Below are positions 34,382-43,653 of a DNA stretch of 64,000 bases, piece after piece. How positions within the stretch are numbered: the first letter of the stretch is position 1; each line of letters begins with the position of its first letter. The translations under genes and the position numbers were made by a program. The notes beneath the pieces were generated by a model that was given only the letters and a program-made list of their open reading frames with translations, was not told the DNA's origin and searched no databases. The stretch comes from Candidatus Nomurabacteria bacterium (lineage in GTDB: Bacteria; Patescibacteriota; Minisyncoccia; Phycocordibacterales; UBA9973). Where the stretch lies: the NCBI GenBank assembly GCA_021413905.1, contig JAIOPO010000001.1, forward strand, positions 73,159 through 137,158, read 5' to 3'.

Positions 34382-36083
34382 TTTTTCTGCTCGAACTAAA
34401 TTTTTGTCATTTTGTTTATTATTTTTTGCTTTCATATTGATAGCAAAACTTTTTTGGGTTCAAGTCATACATAGTAATAAATATTCTGAAGAAGCAGATA
34501 GGCAATATGCCACACCTTCATCTGATATTTTTGAAAGAGGTACTATATTTTTTCAAAGAAAAGATGGAGTATTGGTTTCAGGAGCCAGTCAAGCTTCTGG
34601 TTTTAAGCTTGCCATAAATACTGCAAAATTGATTGAAAAAGAAAATGTATTTAATCAATTAAATAATATTTTACCCATAAATCATGATGATTTTATTTTG
34701 AAAGCTAGTAAGAAAAATGATCCTTATGAAGAAATTGCTGTGAAATTAACAAAAGAGCAAGCAGATGCAATCTCAGCTTTAAAAATACCAGGTGTTTCTT
34801 TGTTTAAAGAAAAATGGCGATTTTATCCTGGTGGTGATATGGCTGCTCATGCTTTGGGTTTTGTTGGTTTTAAAGGAGATGAATTGGGTGGTAGATATGG
34901 ACTAGAAAGACAATACAATAGCACTTTGTCTCGTGATAAAAACAATCCTTATGTTAATTTTTTTGCGGAAGTTTTTTCAAATATTAACGATCATTTATTT
35001 AATCCAAATGAATTGGGTGGAAATATTGTTACTACTATTGAACCTGTAGTTCAAGGTTTTTTAAGTAAAAAATTAAATGAAGTACAAGAAAAATACAATG
35101 CAGATGGTATGGGTGGAATTATTATGAATCCTGTGGATGGGTCTATTTATGCACTTGATGCAAAGCCTTCTTTTAATCCAAATGATTTTTCTAAAATAAA
35201 AAATCAAGCTGTATTTGCTAATCCTTTGGTGGAGCATGTATTAGAATTCGGTTCTGTGGTGAAGCCTTTGGTTATGGCGGCAGGGCTCGATACTGGAGTG
35301 GTGACAGCTGATACAAAATATACAGACAATGGTTTTGTTATTGTTGATGGAAAACAAATTAATAACTTTGATAAAAAAGGCAGAGGTCCCGGAACAAGCA
35401 TGCAAGATGTTTTGAATCAATCTTTGAATACCGGAATGGTATATGTATATCAACATTTAGGAAAACAAAATATGCGTGATTATATGCTTTCTTATGGAAT
35501 AAAAGAAAAAACAGGAATTGATTTACCTAATGAGACTAGTGGTTTGGTGGGTAATTTGCAAAGTCCTCGGGATTTGGAATATGCCAATGCTTCTTTTGGA
35601 CAAGGTATAGCTTTGACACCAATGGAAATGATTCGAGCTTTGGCTTCTTTGAGTAATGGTGGTAATTTAGTTACACCTCATTTAGTAAAAGCAATAAAAT
35701 ATGATGATGGAACAGAAAAAAATATTTCATATACAACTTCAAGAGTAAAAATTTCAGAAAAAACTTCTGAAGAAATTAGTCGTATGATGGTGACAGTAAT
35801 GGATAAATCTTTAAAAGGTGGACTTGGTAAACTCGACCATTATTCTGTTGCAGTAAAAACAGGAACTGCGCAAGTTGCTAAAGATAATGGAGGAGGGTAT
35901 TATCAAGATAGACATACGCATTCTTTTATCGGATATTTTCCGGCTTATGATCCAAAATTTATTGTATTTCTTTATGCTATAAATCCTAAGGGTGTACAGT
36001 ATGCATCTCAAACTTGGGCAGATCCATTTTTAGATATTACAAAATTTTTGTTAAATTATTATGAAGTTCCACCAGATAGATAA
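34371..36083 (+). CDS. ftsI: Class B penicillin-binding protein (FtsI-like)
   Basis: RGTIF, GSVVK (SxxK), SLN (SxN), KTGTAQ. Confidence 0.9.
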   Translation: MNYSFSARTKFLSFCLLFFAFILIAKLFWVQVIHSNKYSEEADRQYATPSSDIFERGTIFFQRKDGVLVSGASQASGFKLAINTAKLIEKENVFNQLNNILPINHDDFILKASKKNDPYEEIAVKLTKEQADAISALKIPGVSLFKEKWRFYPGGDMAAHALGFVGFKGDELGGRYGLERQYNSTLSRDKNNPYVNFFAEVFSNINDHLFNPNELGGNIVTTIEPVVQGFLSKKLNEVQEKYNADGMGGIIMNPVDGSIYALDAKPSFNPNDFSKIKNQAVFANPLVEHVLEFGSVVKPLVMAAGLDTGVVTADTKYTDNGFVIVDGKQINNFDKKGRGPGTSMQDVLNQSLNTGMVYVYQHLGKQNMRDYMLSYGIKEKTGIDLPNETSGLVGNLQSPRDLEYANASFGQGIALTPMEMIRALASLSNGGNLVTPHLVKAIKYDDGTEKNISYTTSRVKISEKTSEEISRMMVTVMDKSLKGGLGKLDHYSVAVKTGTAQVAKDNGGGYYQDRHTHSFIGYFPAYDPKFIVFLYAINPKGVQYASQTWADPFLDITKFLLNYYEVPPDR

Positions 36084-36084
36084 T

Positions 36085-37401
36085 ATGAAAACAACATTTA
36101 AAAAAATAATCACATATATTTTAATTTTAGAATCGAGGCTTGTTCTTTGGAAATATAAACCAAAGATTGTTGCTATTACTGGATCTGTAGGTAAAACTTC
36201 TACTAAAGATGCGGTATATGCAGTGCTTTCAAAATTTACTTATGTTCGTAAAAGTGAAAAAAGTTATAATAGTCAAATTGGTTTACCTTTGACTGTCCTT
36301 GGTTGCACAAATGGTTGGAATGACCCTATGGCATGGTTTAAAAATATTTGTTTTGGTTTTTGGCTCTTTGTTTGGCCTCATAAATATCCAGAATGGCTGG
36401 TGCTTGAGGTGGGTGTGGGAAAACCAGGAGATATGAAACAAACTGCATCTTGGCTTAAAACAAATGCTGTTATAATAACAGCTATAGGTGAAACTCCAGC
36501 ACATATAGAATTTTTTAGTTCACGAGATAATTTAATAGAAGAAAAAAGCGGTTTGATAAAAACTTTAAAGAAAAATGGAATTTTGATTTTGAATGCTGAT
36601 GATGACGCTGTATTAGGAATGAAAAATAAATGTAAAAATAGAGTTGTGACTTATGGTTTCAATGAAAAATCAGATGTAACTGGTGCAAGTGAAAATATTT
36701 TTTATGATGATTCTGTTTCTGTTGGAAATTCTTTTAACGAACCAAAAGGTATTATTTTTAGAGTAGATACCGGAGGTAGTTCTTTGCCTGTTATTATCGA
36801 AGGTGTGTTTGGCATAAATCATGTTTATGCTTCACTTGCATCTATTGCTTTTGCTTATGGTTTAAAATTTAATATTGTTGATGCTGTTAATTCTTTAAAA
36901 AAATATGATGTACCACCTGGTCGTATGCGTTTAATTTCAGGAATAAATAATTCTTTGATTTTAGATGATACTTATAATTCTTCACCTTTTGCTTGTATTT
37001 CAGCGTTAAAAACTTTAAGTGAAGTAAAAACAAAAGGTAAAAAAATAGCAGTTTTGGGTGATATGCTTGAACTTGGTAAACATACTGAAGATGCACATAG
37101 AGATATAGGTAAATATGCAAAAGACCACTCTGATATTTTGTTTGTTGTTGGACCTAGAGCTAAAACAATAGCTGTGGGTGCTATGGAGAATGGCATGTTA
37201 AAAGAAAATATATTTGAATTCGGTAGTTCTTTTGAGGCGGGAGATTTTTTGAAAACTTTTATAAATGAAGGTGATCTGATTTTAGTAAAAGGTTCGCAGG
37301 GTATGCGTATGGAAAAAACAGTTGAGAAAATAATGGCGCATCCAGAACAAAAAAATAAATTCCTCGTTCGTCAAGAAGAAGAATGGATTGCCAAGAAATA
37401 G
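36085..37401 (+). CDS. murF: UDP-MurNAc-tripeptide--D-Ala-D-Ala ligase
   Basis: AITGSVGKTSTK, DDTYNSSP, LGDMLELG, LVKGSQG. Confidence 0.95.
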   Translation: MKTTFKKIITYILILESRLVLWKYKPKIVAITGSVGKTSTKDAVYAVLSKFTYVRKSEKSYNSQIGLPLTVLGCTNGWNDPMAWFKNICFGFWLFVWPHKYPEWLVLEVGVGKPGDMKQTASWLKTNAVIITAIGETPAHIEFFSSRDNLIEEKSGLIKTLKKNGILILNADDDAVLGMKNKCKNRVVTYGFNEKSDVTGASENIFYDDSVSVGNSFNEPKGIIFRVDTGGSSLPVIIEGVFGINHVYASLASIAFAYGLKFNIVDAVNSLKKYDVPPGRMRLISGINNSLILDDTYNSSPFACISALKTLSEVKTKGKKIAVLGDMLELGKHTEDAHRDIGKYAKDHSDILFVVGPRAKTIAVGAMENGMLKENIFEFGSSFEAGDFLKTFINEGDLILVKGSQGMRMEKTVEKIMAHPEQKNKFLVRQEEEWIAKK

Positions 37402-37422
37402 AAAAGTAATTCACTTATTTAT

Positions 37423-37451
37423 TTGACTTTAATTTCTTATTTTTATACACT
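37423..37451 (+). promoter_or_regulatory. Sigma70-type promoter
   Basis: TTGACT-N17-TACACT. Confidence 0.65.
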
Positions 37452-37502
37452 TGTTTTTACAATTGTCCTTTTTAAATTCACAATTTTAAAGATTTAATCG
37501 TT

Positions 37503-37988
37503 ATGAGAAAGTTAGTAACACGTAGTGATATTAGGAATTATTATTCCAATCACAAAAATTTTATTTTGGATCCAGTTTATAACTGGGTAAATAAAAACAA
37601 AGTAAAGATGCCCGTATCATTTGATGAGGTTGAAAAGATTTCATTGAGAGGGCAGTGTGGCAGAATTCTGCCCGGTAATTCGGTACTTATTCATGTTTTA
37701 GATGAACATGGTGAAATGGCCGAATCATCGTTGTTTGTGGTTGACGGTAATGTTTCAATTTTACCAGAAAGATTTGAGTATAAAAATCAAATCATTCTGA
37801 ACGCCAACCATAGAATGGCAAAAGCTATGATTGGAAGGAGAGTTGATTCCCTCAATCATTTTATTTCTGACGATGGTCAGAAAATTGATTTTCTCGTTAA
37901 GAAAATTTTTTCACCGAAAAGTGTTCGGTGGAATCAAATATTAAATTATTTTTTGGAAAAGAAAATTGTTGAATTTCAGCCGGCATAG
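37503..37988 (+). CDS. Hypothetical protein with divergent GreA/GreB C-terminal-like domain
   Basis: ILPGNSVLI...FVV...ILNANHRMAKAMIGRRV resembles the Gre/Rnk CTD (ISxxSPLGKALLGxxV). Confidence 0.5.
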   Translation: MRKLVTRSDIRNYYSNHKNFILDPVYNWVNKNKVKMPVSFDEVEKISLRGQCGRILPGNSVLIHVLDEHGEMAESSLFVVDGNVSILPERFEYKNQIILNANHRMAKAMIGRRVDSLNHFISDDGQKIDFLVKKIFSPKSVRWNQILNYFLEKKIVEFQPA

Positions 37989-38014
37989 CTGAAAAAATAA
38001 GTATTTGAATGTAG

Positions 38015-38047
38015 CGCGTCTTGCAAAAGACGCGTTTTTTTATTTTA
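38015..38047 (+). terminator. Intrinsic terminator
   Basis: CGCGTCTT-GCAA-AAGACGCG followed by a T run. Confidence 0.8.
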
Positions 38048-38049
38048 AG

Positions 38050-39203
38050 GTGCCTAGCGGCAACACCTTAACTGGTGGTACAATGAATGGAACAATGACA
38101 AATATTTGGAATTATAAAAATCAATTAACTCAAACAATAATTGGCCCTAATACCATGTCATATTTATATGATCATGAAGGGAATAGAGTAAAATATGTTA
38201 AAGGTGCAAATATTACATATTATCCCAATAAATTTTATAATATTTCTGGTACTAAAAAAACAAAACAAATTTATGTCGGCGAACAACTAGTAGCCACAAT
38301 AGAAACAAATGGTGCTGTTGTAACCCCATACTACATACACTCTGATCATTTGGGTTCAACAAATGTTGTAACTGATTCTTCTGGTACCAATGTTCAGTTG
38401 CTTGATTACTATCCATATGGAATGAAAAGAATTTCTGCTGGAACATACAATGAACAGAGACAATATATAGGCCAAATATATGATGCAGATACAATGTTTG
38501 ATTATCTTAATGCTAGATATTATAAACCAGATATAGGTAGATTCTTGAGTGAAGATCCAGTGTTCTGGAATTTATCACAAGAATTACTACTTGACCCTCA
38601 ACAACAAAATTCGTATTCTTATGGAAGAGATAATCCAATAAAAAATAGTGATCCTACTGGAAATCTTTCTTTAGAAGCATTAATAAATGATCCAATAGGA
38701 AGTATTAGAAATAGCGCAGGGTGGGGTTTATTTTCTCTCGGTGGAAATTTATTCAATAAACCATTTTCAGCGTCCTTGCTAAGACACTCTGCTTCACTTG
38801 AGCCAAATAACTTAACAATAGATTCAAACAATCAAAAACAGTATGGAAATCCAGTTAATAAGATAATGAAACAAGTCAGTATAAAAGTTATGTGAATGAA
38901 ACAATTGAAGGAGCAAAAGGTGGTAAAATGACAAATTCTAGTCATTTCGAATTTGAGAATAAGAGTGATTTATATTACTCACTTCACGGTGCAAATATTC
39001 AATCACAAGTTTCTCAAAAAAACGGAGTATGGATTGTTAATAGCACTGTAACAGATAGATATAATTTTAATTCTACAAATCCACAGACTTATAAAGGAAC
39101 AATTGTTAAAATACCAGCAACTCAAGCATACAAAGATCAGAGTAAAGGAGTTTTAAGTAATTATAATGTAAGCATTAAAATTAGTGACAAAATTAAACAA
39201 TAA
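38050..39203 (+). pseudogene. Orphan RHS repeat-associated core with C-terminal toxin, frameshifted near 38869
   Basis: YLYDHEGNRV, YIHSDHLGST, DYYPYG, YLNARYY, GRFLSEDP, NSYSYGRDNPIKNSDPTG; continues in the next frame (38892-39203). Confidence 0.8.
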
Positions 39204-39208
39204 CTTTT

Positions 39209-39721
39209 ATGAAAAAAATTACATTAATTATAATTGGCGCTATTGCAGTAATCTCTATTGGAGGGTTCATTCTATATTTTTTCTGGTTTATTAAACCAGA
39301 AAAAGAAATTGCCGAGAAGTGTCAAGGATTCACTCTTAATTGGACAGACTTCATTGATTGTCATGGAATCGTTTCAATCCATGATGGATGGGATATGGAC
39401 TATTTATCTATTGATGATCACATGCATGATTATGAAATCGCACGTGTATACAATCAGAATCAATATATCTTTTCAGACAACAAAGTGTTTGTTAAAAATT
39501 TAAAAACAATTGAAGGCAGTTCTTATGATGGATTAAAGACAGAATATTACCAAAGACTTTTCCAAGATGGAGAAGTTGTTAGAAATTTTTACGATGCTGT
39601 TTCTGATATTCCAACATATTTAGTTGTTGATATAGTTTCTGGTGAGGCAAAAGCATATAAAGCTATTATAGATGTGCCCGAAGCAGAAAAAGCATATTTT
39701 GAAGACTTAGAAAAAAGATAA
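39209..39721 (+). CDS. Putative membrane-anchored immunity protein
   Basis: N-terminal TM; immediately follows the RHS C-terminal domain. Confidence 0.55.
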   Translation: MKKITLIIIGAIAVISIGGFILYFFWFIKPEKEIAEKCQGFTLNWTDFIDCHGIVSIHDGWDMDYLSIDDHMHDYEIARVYNQNQYIFSDNKVFVKNLKTIEGSSYDGLKTEYYQRLFQDGEVVRNFYDAVSDIPTYLVVDIVSGEAKAYKAIIDVPEAEKAYFEDLEKR

Positions 39722-39850
39722 TTTTTAGAACTTGAACTTAAATAATTATCTATCAATTAATTTTTTAACAAACTATTGATTTATTTTTTAAATTATGTAT
39801 AATAATTTTAGATTTCATTTTGAATTAAACCTTAACCTTAATTAATAATA

Positions 39851-40450
39851 ATGAGAAAGTTCTTAATCATCGTTAGCCTTTTGTTGGCTAGTTTATTTTC
39901 TGTTGCTTTGGCGCAAGAAAATTCAAATCCTTCTGCTGGTACTTCAGCTAGTTCCAGAAAATTATTTGCTCCAGTTTTTTCTACTGGGGTTAGTGTTCAT
40001 CGAGGGCTCACTCTTGGTGGTGGTGTTCGTATCAGAGATACTGAAAAATTACCACCAATGAGGGTAGAAGGAACCTTTTCTTTACCCAAAACTTCGTTTG
40101 GGTTATCTTATAGGATTTATCCTTTTAAAAATCCTAAATGGATAGGTTTTGGAGTGGAGGGTTTGTATTTTTATAAAACAAATTTCTCTTTTTACTCTGA
40201 ATTATTTTTTGGGGGAAATGGTGCACAAACATTTAAGGATTTAAATACTTATTGGTGTGCCAAAAGATTGGTGTTAAGTCCTTTTGTTGATATCTTTATC
40301 CCAATTGGTAAATGCCGTCTTGGTTCAACGATAAATCCTTTTTTGTTTGGATTTTGGGACAGGGTAGATGGGAGATATGGCATCTGGAAGAGATGGACGA
40401 ATATAGGGATTTATTTCTCTATGCGCCTGGCTTCTAAACAGAAGAGTTAA
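39851..40450 (+). CDS. Signal-peptide protein, beta-strand rich (OMP-like)
   Basis: MRKFLIIVSLLLASLFSVALA signal; alternating Gly/aromatic strands (FGLSYRIYPF, IGFGVEGLYF, NIGIYFSMRL). Confidence 0.55.
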   Translation: MRKFLIIVSLLLASLFSVALAQENSNPSAGTSASSRKLFAPVFSTGVSVHRGLTLGGGVRIRDTEKLPPMRVEGTFSLPKTSFGLSYRIYPFKNPKWIGFGVEGLYFYKTNFSFYSELFFGGNGAQTFKDLNTYWCAKRLVLSPFVDIFIPIGKCRLGSTINPFLFGFWDRVDGRYGIWKRWTNIGIYFSMRLASKQKS

Positions 40451-40462
40451 GTGTAGTTTTTT

Positions 40463-40498
40463 AGGAGTGGTTTTTCAAAACCGCTCCTTTTGTTTTTT
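40463..40498 (+). terminator. Intrinsic terminator
   Basis: AGGAGTGGTTTT-TC-AAAACCGCTCCT followed by T runs. Confidence 0.75.
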
Positions 40499-40554
40499 AA
40501 AGCATTTAACAGTATAATAAAGATATTAAAATTTAAGTAAAATTATAGATATTT

Positions 40555-41586
40555 ATGTCAGAAAAAATAAAAGTAGGTATTAATGGTTTTGGACGTATTG
40601 GTAGAGCTTTTTTGAAGATAGCTTGGGAACATCCGGAAATAGAAATAGTGGCAGTCAATGATTTGGGCGATGTTGCAAATATGGCTTATCTTCTGAAATA
40701 TGACACAGTATACAGAACTTGGAATCATCAAGTAAAAGCCAGTGGTCAAGAAATATTGATAGATGGAAAGATTGTGAAAGTTCTTGCTGAAAAAGATCCT
40801 GCCAATTTACCTTGGGGTGATTTAGGTGTGGATGTCGTCGTAGAGTCTACTGGTTTGTTTACTTCTTATGATAAAGCAAATGCTCATATAAAAGCTGGCG
40901 CTAAAAAAGTTGTAATTTCTGCTCCAGCAAAAGACGGAGATAATTCTTCTGTAAAAGGAGAGACAATTCTTATGTCTGTAAATGAAGAAAAGTTTGGAAC
41001 TTGTGATATTACTTCAAATGCGTCTTGCACCACAAATGCAGCTTCGCCTTTGATTGCGATTTTGCATGAAACTTTGGGTATAGAAAAAGCATTGTTAAAT
41101 ACTGTGCACGGATATACTGCTTCACAAAGCATAGTAGATAGTCCAAATAAAAAAGATTTTCGTGAAGGACGCGCTGCTGCGCAAAATATCGTGCCATCTT
41201 CTACTGGTGCAGCTATTGCTGTAACAAAAGCATTTCCTGAATTAATAAATCTTTTTGACGGCATATCTATGCGTGTGCCTGTGCCTGCAGGAAGTATTGT
41301 AGATATAACTTTTATTTCGAAAAAAGAAACTACAGCAGAAGAAGTAAATAATATTCTTAAAAAATATTCGCAAGATTCAAAATGGTCAAAAGTTTTTTCT
41401 GTTACTGAAGATGATTTGGTTTCTTCTGATATCTTGGGCGAATCTCATGCATCCATCGCAGATTTAAAAATGACTCGTGTTGTGGGTGGTAATCTCGTAA
41501 AAGTGATGGGTTGGTACGACAACGAAATGGGGTACACTCATACTTTGGTTGAGCATGTGGTCAAAACAGGCAATACAATTAGATAA
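40555..41586 (+). CDS. gap: Glyceraldehyde-3-phosphate dehydrogenase
   Basis: GINGFGRIGR, NASCTTN, WYDNE. Confidence 0.97.
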   Translation: MSEKIKVGINGFGRIGRAFLKIAWEHPEIEIVAVNDLGDVANMAYLLKYDTVYRTWNHQVKASGQEILIDGKIVKVLAEKDPANLPWGDLGVDVVVESTGLFTSYDKANAHIKAGAKKVVISAPAKDGDNSSVKGETILMSVNEEKFGTCDITSNASCTTNAASPLIAILHETLGIEKALLNTVHGYTASQSIVDSPNKKDFREGRAAAQNIVPSSTGAAIAVTKAFPELINLFDGISMRVPVPAGSIVDITFISKKETTAEEVNNILKKYSQDSKWSKVFSVTEDDLVSSDILGESHASIADLKMTRVVGGNLVKVMGWYDNEMGYTHTLVEHVVKTGNTIR

Positions 41587-41602
41587 AATAATTTTTATAA
41601 TT

Positions 41603-42043
41603 ATGAAAATATTTATTGGAACAGACCACGCAGGATATGAGATGAAAGAAGAACTCAAAAAATATTTGGGTGATTTAGGATATGAATTAGAGGACAAGGG
41701 CGCGTATAGTTTTGACGCAGAAGATGATTATCCAGATTTTATTTTTCCTGTAGCAAAATCTGTAACAGAAGAAAAAGGGAATTTTGGAATAATTATTGGA
41801 GGATCAGGGCAAGGTGAAGGGATGTGCGCAAACAGGGTAAAGGGTGCGCGAGCTTGTGAATATTATGGAGGAAATACAGATATTATAAAGATATCTCGTG
41901 AACACAATAATGCAAATGTCTTGTCTTTAGGTGCTAGATTTATTTCAGCAGAGGAAGCAAAACAAGTTGTAAAAATATTTTTAGAAACAAATTTTTCTGG
42001 TGAAGAAAGGCATATGAGAAGAATTAAAAAAATTGATTTATAA
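41603..42043 (+). CDS. rpiB: Ribose-5-phosphate isomerase B family
   Basis: GTDHAG, DDYPD, GGSGQG, SREHNNAN, ERHMRRI. Confidence 0.92.
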   Translation: MKIFIGTDHAGYEMKEELKKYLGDLGYELEDKGAYSFDAEDDYPDFIFPVAKSVTEEKGNFGIIIGGSGQGEGMCANRVKGARACEYYGGNTDIIKISREHNNANVLSLGARFISAEEAKQVVKIFLETNFSGEERHMRRIKKIDL

Positions 42044-42053
42044 AATATAATCT

Positions 42054-42752
42054 ATGATAGAAATAATACCTGCTATTTTAACAAAAAGTTATGATGATTT
42101 GAAGAATAAAATTTCTTTGGTGCGTGGTGTGGCACCTGTGGTGCAAATAGATATTTGTGATGGAGTTTTTGTTTCAACTCAAACTTGGCCTTTTGCGACA
42201 GGTGGAGCAAATGATTATAATTTGCAAAATATTTTAAACGAGCAAGAAGGCATGCCATTTTGGGAAGATATTGATTTTGAACTTGATTTGATGGTATCAG
42301 ATGCAATAGAGAATTTTGACATTTATACAAAACTCGGACCAAAGAGAATTGTTTTCCATTTGGAAGCAATTGGTAATCTAGAAGATTTTAAACATTTTTT
42401 GGAAGCTATGGATGTGTATATCAGGGATTCTATTAAATTTGGAATAGCTATTAATACGACTACACCTGTGGAGAAAGTTTTTCCTTTTGTTAATAATGTT
42501 GATTTTGTGCAATGTATGGGTATTGAACATATTGGAATGCAAGGTCAAGATTTTGATAAAAGAGTTTTAGAAAATATTAAAATTTTGAAAGATAAATTTA
42601 GTGATTTGATTGTCTCGGTGGATGGAGGAGTGAATTTGGATAATGCGCCCGCGCTCATAAGCGCGGGCGCAGATCGCCTCGTCATCGGTTCTGCAATTTT
42701 CAAGACACAAGATATCAGAAACACTATTGAAGAATTCGAAAGTTTGGTATAA
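42054..42752 (+). CDS. rpe: Ribulose-phosphate 3-epimerase
   Basis: IIPAIL, QIDICDG, VDGGV, GSAIF. Confidence 0.9.
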   Translation: MIEIIPAILTKSYDDLKNKISLVRGVAPVVQIDICDGVFVSTQTWPFATGGANDYNLQNILNEQEGMPFWEDIDFELDLMVSDAIENFDIYTKLGPKRIVFHLEAIGNLEDFKHFLEAMDVYIRDSIKFGIAINTTTPVEKVFPFVNNVDFVQCMGIEHIGMQGQDFDKRVLENIKILKDKFSDLIVSVDGGVNLDNAPALISAGADRLVIGSAIFKTQDIRNTIEEFESLV

Positions 42753-42759
42753 TTAAAGA

Positions 42760-43653
42760 ATGGTTTTGACTCAAGCAAAAATTTTTGATTTGGAAAAAAA
42801 GGCGAATGATATTCGTATCTCTATTTTGGAATCTTTAATTGAAGCAAAATCCGGACATACTGCAGGTCCGCTCGGCATGGCAGATATTTTTACACTTTTT
42901 TATTTTCATATTTTGCGTCATGATCCTAAAAATCCATCTTGGCCGGAACGCGACAGAGTTATCCTTTCAAACGGACATATTTGTCCATTACTTTATGCTG
43001 TTATGGCTCATGCGGGATATTTTCCAATTGAAGAATTAAAAACTTTGAGAAAATTTGGAGCACGTTTGCAAGGTCATCCACACAGAGAATATTTGCCATA
43101 TGTTGAAACATCATCAGGTCCATTGGGTTTGGGTCTTTCTCAAGCTGTCGGCATGGCTTTGGCTGACAGAATGGATAATGGAAAAAATACAGAAAAATAT
43201 ATTTATTGTTTTATGTCAGACGGTGAACATAATGAAGGCAATACATGGGAAGCAATGATGCTCGCCGGAAAAGAAAAATTGCGAAATTTAATTGCTATTG
43301 TAGACAGAAACAATATTCAAATAGATGGTTTTACAGAAGATGTAATGCCTCTTGAACCGCTTGCTGATAAATGGAGAGCTTTTAATTGGCATGTGATAGA
43401 AGTTAGTGGTCATAATTTTCAAGCATTAAATGAAGCAATAGAAGAAGCGCAAGCCATATATGAAAAGCCAACTGTGATAATAGCTCATACAATACCAGGG
43501 AAAGGTGTTAAAGAATTCGAACGTGATTTTCGTTGGCATGGTACACCGCCAGGATTTGGACCCGAAGATAAAATTAAAAAATCAGAACAGGGGAAAGTCG
43601 CCCTCGACGAACTACGTACTTTAGGAGGTCAGATTATTAGTGAAAATCAATAA
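42760..43653 (+). CDS. Transketolase N-terminal subunit
   Basis: SGHTAG, RDRVILSNGH, LQGHP, SDGEHNEG. Confidence 0.94.
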   Translation: MVLTQAKIFDLEKKANDIRISILESLIEAKSGHTAGPLGMADIFTLFYFHILRHDPKNPSWPERDRVILSNGHICPLLYAVMAHAGYFPIEELKTLRKFGARLQGHPHREYLPYVETSSGPLGLGLSQAVGMALADRMDNGKNTEKYIYCFMSDGEHNEGNTWEAMMLAGKEKLRNLIAIVDRNNIQIDGFTEDVMPLEPLADKWRAFNWHVIEVSGHNFQALNEAIEEAQAIYEKPTVIIAHTIPGKGVKEFERDFRWHGTPPGFGPEDKIKKSEQGKVALDELRTLGGQIISENQ

